A stretch of 42,636 nucleotides of DNA from Ignavibacteria bacterium (GTDB lineage: Bacteria; Elusimicrobiota; Endomicrobiia; PHAN01), in the NCBI GenBank assembly GCA_041694835.1, contig JBGFRZ010000077.1, forward strand, positions 1 through 42,636, given 5' to 3'. The position numbers were made by a program, and so were the translations under genes. This document shows, piece by piece, positions 27,506-34,597 of the stretch; the stretch's first letter is position 1; every line of letters starts with the position of its first letter. The notes under the pieces were generated by a model. That model was given only the letters and a program-made list of their open reading frames with translations. It was not told the DNA's origin and made no database searches.

Positions 27506-28719
27506 AAAAACAGAGGACAGAGATGAGAGCACAAGGCACAAGTGCACAAGAGCAGAAGTCAGAGGATAGAGGCCAGAGTGGCAGAGCACAAGTGCACAAG
27601 AGCACAAGTGCAGCAGAGAACAGAGAACAGAGAACAGAGAACAGAGAACAGAGAACAGAGGACAGGGGTCAGGGGCCAGGGGACAGAGGACAGAGGTCAG
27701 AGGTCAGAGGTCAGGGAAAAACCCCTCATCTCTCACCTTCCTCCTCTATCCACTATTTGCTATTCGCTATTCACTATTTGCTATTTGCTATTCACTATTC
27801 GCTATTTGCTGTTTGCTATCCTCTATTCTCTATACGCTATTCTCTCACCTCTCATCTCTCGCCTCCCTCCTCTATTCGCTATTTGCTATTTGCTATTTGC
27901 TATTCTACCTTCTACCTTCTGGCGTCTACCTTTTACCTTTTACCTGCTGTTTACGGGGCTTTTGAATCTGCACATATTACATCGCCGAGAATTTTGTCAA
28001 TGGGTGGTGCGGGAGCTGCGTTATCAAACGATGCGGCGGCGGTAAACATAAATCCAGCGGGACTCGTTCAAATTGAAAAATCAGAGTTGAACGCTTCATA
28101 TTCGAACATATACAATGCCGATGGACTTTTCAGAGGATATATCGCTTATGCAGCTGCTCCCGAAAGCAACGGCATCGGAGTATCATGGAGTAGACTTTCC
28201 CTTCCCGGAATTTATGCAGAAGACATATTCGCTTTTGCAGTCGCTCGCCAACTTTCAGATGAAGTCGCAGCCGGGCTTTCCATAAAAATATTTTCCAATG
28301 AAGTCATAGGCTCAGAATATGATTTTTACGGCAAAAGAAAGTATGCCGCGGGATATGATATCGGGATTCTTTATCAGTTTACTTCCGACTGGATAGCAGG
28401 AATTTTGTACGAAAATCTGAACGAGCCTGCAATTTCAAGCGAGGACAAGAAATTGAAATCGTCGTTAAAAATCGGCATACGGTTTCATCCATTTGAAAGC
28501 GGGGTTATCGTTGCGGATTTTGATATAAGAAGAAATGCATATTTTGCAGGTTTTGAGACAATTATAGGCAAAGTATTTTGCGTGAGAATCGGAATGAACG
28601 ACTTAAGACCGACTTTCGGATGTGGCATAACCTACGGTTTATTTACATTTGATTTGGGGCTCCTTTCCGATAATAATCTCGGATTTCTGACGCAAGCAGG
28701 TGTAAGAATCAGAATATGA
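27502..28719 (+). CDS. PorV/PorQ (UPF0164)-like outer-membrane beta-barrel with about 150-aa repeat-encoded leader
   Basis: SPRILSMGGAGAALSNDAAAVNINPAGL signature. ATGA overlap with the upstream stop. Confidence 0.8.
   Translation: MKKQRTEMRAQGTSAQEQKSEDRGQSGRAQVHKSTSAAENREQRTENREQRTEDRGQGPGDRGQRSEVRGQGKTPHLSPSSSIHYLLFAIHYLLFAIHYSLFAVCYPLFSIRYSLTSHLSPPSSIRYLLFAICYSTFYLLASTFYLLPAVYGAFESAHITSPRILSMGGAGAALSNDAAAVNINPAGLVQIEKSELNASYSNIYNADGLFRGYIAYAAAPESNGIGVSWSRLSLPGIYAEDIFAFAVARQLSDEVAAGLSIKIFSNEVIGSEYDFYGKRKYAAGYDIGILYQFTSDWIAGILYENLNEPAISSEDKKLKSSLKIGIRFHPFESGVIVADFDIRRNAYFAGFETIIGKVFCVRIGMNDLRPTFGCGITYGLFTFDLGLLSDNNLGFLTQAGVRIRI
27511..27945 (+). repeat. Longest modular tandem-repeat cassette (plus, coding)
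   Basis: GCACAAGW, six CAGAGAA units, CAGGGGN, CAGAGGT, CTCTCAY, CTATTYR and TACCTTY tracts. Confidence 0.92.
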
Positions 28720-30461
28720 AAAATACAGGCACAAGAGCACAAGTGCACAAGGCACAAGAGCAGAAGTCAGAGGACAGGGGACAGAGTGGCAGAGCACAAG
28801 TGCACAAGAGCACAAGTGCAGCAGAGAACAGAGGATTAGTGGCGCGTGGCTCGCGGCTCGTTTCATCCAGTCACCAGTCACCAGTCACCAGTCACTATCG
28901 CCTATCGCCTATTGCCTATTGCCTATTTTTTACTATTGCCTATCGCCTATTGCCTATTGCCTGCCTTTACGCGGCAGGAATAGGTGGATTTTATGAAACA
29001 GAATTTGTTGCTCAGAAGGAATCTGATTTCAGATGGAATCTTACAACCCCTAAACATTATTTCCAGGGTAAGTTCTGGGCCAATCCTCTTTACGGAACGG
29101 AGTTATACGCCCAGGCTTCCGCAAGGACAAATGAAATCTGGAACAAAAGGGAGTACTTTGATTTTGAGAGGGGATGGGTAAAATACTGGTTCAAAATGGG
29201 TGAGTCGTTGATATTAATAAAAGAGGAAAGACACTGGCTCGACTCGCCTCTTTTAAAAAACGTAGCCCAACACAAGGCAGCTCACTTCAACGAAGCATTA
29301 TCTGCAAGATTGAACATATTCAAACTCGGGCCTTTTTACGGAAGTTTCATTTTTACTCATAATCTACCTTTTGAAAATCTCAGGGAGTGGTACGGAAATT
29401 ATTTCGATGAAGCAAGCCGAAGTTTTATATCGAAAATAGGATTTTCTCTGAACCCGCGAATGAGTTTTATAGAAAAAATATCGCTTGGCGGTGGATATTT
29501 ATTGAAAAATTTCGAACAAAAAAAATTCAATATCGAAAGAAATTTCATCTCAAAACATAATATTAAAAATGACATTGTTTTTTTTGATTTTAAATCAGTG
29601 TTTGAAAACGGGGCGTTTACGGCCGAAGCGGCAAAAAGTTCGAAAAAAGGCTCTGTCAATTCACCGTCAATATACGAGGATGAAAATGCCTACGCTTTCG
29701 AACTTCGCGACTTGAATATAGGAGCGTTTAGATTTCAGTCAAGGTTTTACAGTTACGGAGACGGCTACAGGAACGAGTTTTCAAGAAACTTCGGAAGGCT
29801 CACCAGAGACGGTAACGACTCCGAGAAAGAATTCGGCCGAAGAGGATATTATTTTGAATCGTCTTATCTTTGGCCGAAAAAAATGATAACCTTCACATAT
29901 AAGCGCGGCGAATACACTACAAGGTTCGATTACATCACAAACTATCAGGGTGTGCGTGAGGATTACATAATATACAAAATGATAACTCCTTATTCCGTGA
30001 CATATAATGCTGTGGAGTCGTGGATAGATTTCAAAAACGGAATAAAAAACAGAATTGCCGTCGAACAAAGCCGCAATAGGGGGGGGGAGTTTCCCGGGTT
30101 CCTTTTCGAGTTGTCAGGAGATACCGAGGACATTTATTCACGTATTCAATTCCGACTGAAGGATATAGGGTCAAGTGTCGGTTTTGGTGAAAGACGAATC
30201 CTAAGCGCCGAGGCTAAATACAACATCATGAACGACCTTCAGTTTTACACCCGTGCAGCGGTTGTCGAAAGTCTCCATAAAAATAAAAACTGGTCAAGCG
30301 CTTTTTTCCAGTTGAGATACTTTATCGGATGGGACATAGAAGGATATCTTGAATACGGAGAGGGGTGGCATACGGACACACTCTCCTACGACACAGACAT
30401 CACCGATTACGAACGTGATATAGCCCAAAAAATAAGATTGGTTTTTAAGATAAACTTTTAA
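28716..30461 (+). CDS. Probable outer-membrane beta-barrel/porin with repeat-encoded leader
   Basis: Leader ends CLYA. Aromatic-rich alternating strands. C-terminal KIRLVFKINF ends in Phe. ATGA overlap. Confidence 0.65.
   Translation: MKNTGTRAQVHKAQEQKSEDRGQSGRAQVHKSTSAAENRGLVARGSRLVSSSHQSPVTSHYRLSPIAYCLFFTIAYRLLPIACLYAAGIGGFYETEFVAQKESDFRWNLTTPKHYFQGKFWANPLYGTELYAQASARTNEIWNKREYFDFERGWVKYWFKMGESLILIKEERHWLDSPLLKNVAQHKAAHFNEALSARLNIFKLGPFYGSFIFTHNLPFENLREWYGNYFDEASRSFISKIGFSLNPRMSFIEKISLGGGYLLKNFEQKKFNIERNFISKHNIKNDIVFFDFKSVFENGAFTAEAAKSSKKGSVNSPSIYEDENAYAFELRDLNIGAFRFQSRFYSYGDGYRNEFSRNFGRLTRDGNDSEKEFGRRGYYFESSYLWPKKMITFTYKRGEYTTRFDYITNYQGVREDYIIYKMITPYSVTYNAVESWIDFKNGIKNRIAVEQSRNRGGEFPGFLFELSGDTEDIYSRIQFRLKDIGSSVGFGERRILSAEAKYNIMNDLQFYTRAAVVESLHKNKNWSSAFFQLRYFIGWDIEGYLEYGEGWHTDTLSYDTDITDYERDIAQKIRLVFKINF
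28727..28965 (+). repeat. Modular tandem-repeat cassette (plus, coding)
   Basis: GCACAAGW, GTGGCTC-like, CACCAGT and CCTATYG tracts. Confidence 0.9.
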
Positions 30462-30462
30462 T

Positions 30463-30700
30463 CAGAGATTAGAGATGAGAGAACAGAGAACAGAGTGGCA
30501 GAGCACAAGTGCACAAGAGCAGAAGTCAGAGGACAGAGGACAGGGGACAGGGGACAGAGGATTAGTGGCTCGTGGCTCGTGGCTCGTGGCTCGTGGTTCG
30601 TTGCTCGTTGCTCATTTCCTCCAGCCACCAGCCACAAGTCACCAGTCACCAATCTATCCGCTATTTGCTATTTGCTATTTGCTATTTGCTATCCCCTGCC
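30463..30700 (+). repeat. Modular tandem-repeat cassette (plus, coding)
   Basis: CAGAGAA, GCACAAGW, CAGGGGA, GTGGCTC, CACCAGY and CTATTTG tracts. Confidence 0.9.
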
Positions 30701-32634
30701 TTTATGGCAGGATACCGCCCAGCGTTGTCGACGGTAAAATAGAGTTTGTTTTTATTCATAGAACGGCAAAAAGCGTTTCTATCGCTGGCGAATTCAACAA
30801 CTGGACGCCCGAAAGGGACTTTCTGAAATACCACGCAGAACGCGATCTTTGGTTCATAAGATTAAAATTGCCCGTCGGAAGATACGAATACAAATACTTG
30901 ATAGACGGAAAATGGCTCGAAGGAGCAAATTTAACTGTTGAAATAAAAGAAAAAGACGGAGTCCTCTTTATTCCCAAGCCGCGGGTACCGCCGCCGAATA
31001 CGCCGTTTTCAGGCAAGATTCATTTCAACGGTAAAATCATGGGCATTGCCGGCTACGACATCAACGATTCAAGTATATCGGGGGAAAATTTTCACGCCGA
31101 CTTTGATTGGCATATATCGGCATCAAAAGATATAACGGCTTTTGCCAGAATAGAATACGATTATTCGCGAGAACCTCAAAGGCTCCTTTTCAAACAGGGC
31201 CATCTGAATATAGAGCCTGAACCGCTAAAAGACATTGAATTTAACGCTAAAGCGTTTTATAAAACAAAATCTATTCAATTTAATAATCCGCTGAAAATGA
31301 CCGATAGATATGTCGGACTTAAATACGAAGTCGTTGAATTTTACGACGAGACAAGCCCGCAGAAAGCATTCGGGCTCTGGGAACAAGGGATAGTAACTCA
31401 ACTGCGGTTTTTCGGTGGAGATTTGACGGCTTTCTATGCGGATATGTTAAGACCTGCCACATATTTTAACACTCTTGAAGACAACTTCGGCGTCAGATAT
31501 TTTTATAAAATAAAAAATTTGCCGTTTGGTTTTGGTGCAACATATCTGGGAACGCGTGGGGGATGGTGGCCTTATGCCAATATGGACAACAACTGGTTTC
31601 CTGATCCGGAAAAATTCGGAGGATACTCTTCCTCGGGTCCCATAAGAAACATCGCACAGCCGTGGTACAGAGGATACTTAAACAATGATTTTACCGGATT
31701 TGACGCGAGATTTTATTTTTTGCCGTGGATGGAGTTTTTTGCGGAATCAACAAGTAGAAAAACTGTTCTAAAAACAGAGCGGATATCAGGCGATATTCCT
31801 TTTGAGAAAACCTGGGTTCTCGAAAAAAACAATATTCTGCTCTACGGAACAAAAATAAAATTGAGCGAAAATTTTGCAGTTGAGTTGAGTCAAAAAAACG
31901 AGAGTATTTCATTTAAATCGCCTTTAAGTCCAACAGATATTGCAACAGACAGAAAAACTTTTAACACAGTTGCGCGCTATGATGACAAAAAATTTACCGT
32001 CGGTATATCATATAAAAACGCCGACTCCGGCAAAATAAGTGGTGGAATGCCGCTCGACATTCATCCGTTCAGAAGACAGATTCTTTACGATGGACTATTT
32101 CCTTACAGCGCAACAACTCTCGGACATTTGCTCCATATCGTCGGAAGCGAAACGTTCTATATGCCGTTTATTTCGTATCGTTCGGAGAAATTCGACATAA
32201 CACTCAAAAGTAAATTATTGTCTTTTATGGTTTTACCTGAAAGCCGCGATACTCTATCCGGCGTTCGACTTTCGGCCGAAGGCGATACGCGACGTTTGTC
32301 GCTCACGCAAAATGTTGGAACACTATCGACTAAAATCATCGACAATCTCTATCTTGAGAACTCCGTCAGATATCTCACATGGGAAACTCCGGATATGTCC
32401 AAATTTTATCTTACGGACTTCCATGCTTTGAAATACAAGTTTACGGATAACTTTTCCGTCAAATTCGGCTATGGATTTGACCCCGAGGATTTTGATGATG
32501 ATATACTCGCCGACTTTGACAGACGAGAAGTATTTTTATATAATGAAAGTATAAAATACGGCGATGTTTTATCCGCCGAAGAAAAGTTATCTAAACTAAA
32601 CAGAGTTACAATAAGGACGGTGTTCAGGTTTTAA
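30475..32634 (+). CDS. CBM48-like glycogen-binding domain fused to a probable outer-membrane beta-barrel, with repeat-encoded leader
   Basis: AKSVSIAGEFNNW...LPVGRYEYKYLIDGKW, then a Pro-rich linker and about 530 aa of alternating strands ending RVTIRTVFRF. Confidence 0.75.
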   Translation: MREQRTEWQSTSAQEQKSEDRGQGTGDRGLVARGSWLVARGSLLVAHFLQPPATSHQSPIYPLFAICYLLFAIPCLYGRIPPSVVDGKIEFVFIHRTAKSVSIAGEFNNWTPERDFLKYHAERDLWFIRLKLPVGRYEYKYLIDGKWLEGANLTVEIKEKDGVLFIPKPRVPPPNTPFSGKIHFNGKIMGIAGYDINDSSISGENFHADFDWHISASKDITAFARIEYDYSREPQRLLFKQGHLNIEPEPLKDIEFNAKAFYKTKSIQFNNPLKMTDRYVGLKYEVVEFYDETSPQKAFGLWEQGIVTQLRFFGGDLTAFYADMLRPATYFNTLEDNFGVRYFYKIKNLPFGFGATYLGTRGGWWPYANMDNNWFPDPEKFGGYSSSGPIRNIAQPWYRGYLNNDFTGFDARFYFLPWMEFFAESTSRKTVLKTERISGDIPFEKTWVLEKNNILLYGTKIKLSENFAVELSQKNESISFKSPLSPTDIATDRKTFNTVARYDDKKFTVGISYKNADSGKISGGMPLDIHPFRRQILYDGLFPYSATTLGHLLHIVGSETFYMPFISYRSEKFDITLKSKLLSFMVLPESRDTLSGVRLSAEGDTRRLSLTQNVGTLSTKIIDNLYLENSVRYLTWETPDMSKFYLTDFHALKYKFTDNFSVKFGYGFDPEDFDDDILADFDRREVFLYNESIKYGDVLSAEEKLSKLNRVTIRTVFRF

Positions 32635-32636
32635 TT

Positions 32637-32800
32637 AGAGGTGAGAGATGAGAGGACAGAGAACAGAGAACAGGGAACAGAGAACAGAGAACGAGGGACA
32701 GAGAAAAAACTCACCTCTCATCTCTGACCTCTCACCTCTGACCTCTCATCTCTCATCTCTCAACTCTCGTCTCTATTTGCTATTCATTATTTGCTATCTT
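32637..32800 (+). repeat. Modular tandem-repeat cassette (plus, coding)
   Basis: CAGAGAA, CTCTCAY/CTCTGAC and CTATTTG tracts. Confidence 0.88.
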
Positions 32801-33139
32801 ATATTAACAGCTTGCGCGACGCTTGACATCGTCAAAGATCGCATCCAATCGCCTGTTGTCGTCGGCAATAAAGTCACTTTTTATTATGACTCGGTATCGG
32901 CCAAATCGGTATCTGTGGCAGGCGAGTTTAACGGATGGGAATTCAGAACTGAACAACGACGCTCCCTTATTATGAAAAAAAACAAAGATGGTGTCTGGCA
33001 GGTTTCAGCCGAAATTCCACACGGAAGATATCAGTATAAAATTGTCGTAGATTATCAAACATGGCTCATTGACCCATATAATCCGAGTGCCGTTGACGAC
33101 GGAACTGGAAATATAAATTCTTTGCTTGTTGTTAAATAG
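32648..33139 (+). CDS. Small CBM48 (AMPK-beta-like glycogen-binding) lipoprotein with repeat-encoded leader
   Basis: Lipobox LTAC at residue 56. AKSVSVAGEFNGW...GRYQYKIVVD...DPYNP...INSLL. Confidence 0.85.
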   Translation: MRGQRTENREQRTENEGQRKNSPLISDLSPLTSHLSSLNSRLYLLFIICYLILTACATLDIVKDRIQSPVVVGNKVTFYYDSVSAKSVSVAGEFNGWEFRTEQRRSLIMKKNKDGVWQVSAEIPHGRYQYKIVVDYQTWLIDPYNPSAVDDGTGNINSLLVVK

Positions 33140-33183
33140 AGTTTAGAATGAAAGTTTAGAGTTGAGAGTGTAGAGTTTAGAGA
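33138..33183. repeat. Degenerate TAGAGTT heptamer tract (intergenic)
   Basis: agagtttagaatgaaagtttagagttgagagtgtagagtttagaga. Confidence 0.6.
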
Positions 33184-33235
33184 TTGACCGTATATTTGGC
33201 AGTGTCTCTAAACTTATTATTATCACGGAGGTTTT

Positions 33236-34276
33236 ATGCTCAAAAAATTGTTTGTTGAAGTTGTTGTAGTAGTTGTTTTTTTGACGGGTGTTTTTGCGAG
33301 TATATCGGAAGCGTGTTGTTCCCACTGTATAACAGTGGCAAAGTTGAAGAAAAGGTGTGCAGCAGAAAAAACGTCTGCGACTCCAGCCGCACCGAAAATT
33401 ACTTCACCTGTGGTTAGTGAAAAAGGTGTTGAGTTCGTATATGCGAATCCAAAAGCGAAATCTGTGTTTGTTGCAGGAAGTTTTAACGACTGGAACTCAT
33501 CAAAAGATGCATTGGTTATGGATAAAAAGGGCGTCTGGAAAATTCTGATGGCGGTCAAACCGGGCTCTCATCAGTATAAATTCGTCGTCGACGGAAACTG
33601 GCTTCCCGACCCGTCCAATCCCAACACGACCGACGATAGTTTCGGCGGAGTCAACTCGGTTGTGGAAGTCAGGCAAGCGCCCAAATCAGAACCCACAAGA
33701 GGCGTCCCGCAGATTTCTCCCGGCGGGGTTAGGTTCACATATAAAAATCCGGCGGCGAAGGCGGTTTTCGTTGCCGGGGAGTTCAACAACTGGAGTCAAG
33801 CATCCGATCCTATGCTCAAACAAAAAGATGGCTCATGGCTTTTGATTAAAAAACTGCCGGCCGGAAAACATCAGTACAAATTTATCGTCGACGGAAACTG
33901 GCTTCCCGACCCGTCTAATCCCAATACGACCGACGATAGTTTCGGCGGAGTCAACTCGGTTATTGAGATAGCAAGAGCTGGATCGCAGGGGGGTGGTGCT
34001 GTTGGTCCGAGAAGGACAAAAGACGGCGTTGAGTTTACATATATAAATCCCAATGCTCAGAGCGTTTCTATCGCAGGAAGTTTCAACAACTGGAACACAA
34101 GAGCCAATGCTATGACAAAAGATAAAGACGGGAGATGGAAAGCATCGGTATCCTTGAGGCCGGGTAAATACCAGTATAAGTTTGTCGTCGATGGAAACTG
34201 GTTGGAAGACCCGTCGAATCAGAACTTCTCGGATGACGGCTACGGCGGGAAAAACTCTGTTGTCGAAGTGAAGTAA
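33236..34276 (+). CDS. Exported protein with three tandem CBM48-like domains
   Basis: GGAGG RBS and a conventional signal peptide. Three copies of A..V.(V/I)AG.FN.W...G..QYKF.VDGNWL.DPSN...GG.NSV. Confidence 0.9.
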   Translation: MLKKLFVEVVVVVVFLTGVFASISEACCSHCITVAKLKKRCAAEKTSATPAAPKITSPVVSEKGVEFVYANPKAKSVFVAGSFNDWNSSKDALVMDKKGVWKILMAVKPGSHQYKFVVDGNWLPDPSNPNTTDDSFGGVNSVVEVRQAPKSEPTRGVPQISPGGVRFTYKNPAAKAVFVAGEFNNWSQASDPMLKQKDGSWLLIKKLPAGKHQYKFIVDGNWLPDPSNPNTTDDSFGGVNSVIEIARAGSQGGGAVGPRRTKDGVEFTYINPNAQSVSIAGSFNNWNTRANAMTKDKDGRWKASVSLRPGKYQYKFVVDGNWLEDPSNQNFSDDGYGGKNSVVEVK

Positions 34277-34279
34277 AAG

Positions 34280-34575
34280 ACAGAGAAGAGAGAACAGCGC
34301 ATAGAGAATAGAGGATAAAGATGAGAGATGAGAGGAGAGAGGTGAGAGAATAGCGTATAGAGGATAGAGGATAGCAAACAGCAAATAGCGAATAGTGGTC
34401 GGTGACTGGTGACTTGTGGCTGGTGGCTGGAGGAAATGAGCAACGAGCCACGAGCCACTAATCCTCTGTTCTCTGCTGCACTTGTGCTCTTGTGCACTTG
34501 TGCTCTGCCACTCTGTCCTCTGTTCTCTCTCCTCTGTTCTCTGACTTGTGCCCTTGTGCACTTCTGCTCTTATGC
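34280..34575 (-). repeat. Full modular cassette in minus orientation (intergenic)
   Basis: The reverse complement reads GCACAAGW, CAGAGRA, GTGGCTC, CACCAGY, CTATTYG, CCTCTAT, CTCTCAY, like the plus copies at 24767 and 30463. Confidence 0.92.
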
Positions 34576-34597
34576 ACTAATACACTAGGAGATTCTG

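Noticed and set aside
33571-33961. Diversity-generating retroelement TR/VR pair
   Set aside because: The differences are mostly C/T synonymous changes within one gene rather than adenine-specific, and there is no reverse transcriptase in the window.
33833-34561. 242-aa minus-strand ORF and similar short ORFs in cassettes (e.g. 22556-22879, 27542-28045, 18891-19274)
   Set aside because: They arise because cassette tracts lack stops in one direction. Beyond the repeat they are antisense or off-frame to well-supported genes.
12682-34575. CRISPR array interpretation of the recurring repeats
   Set aside because: Units are 7-8-nt tandem tracts separated by whole genes, not 25-45-nt repeats with unique spacers. 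No cas genes.
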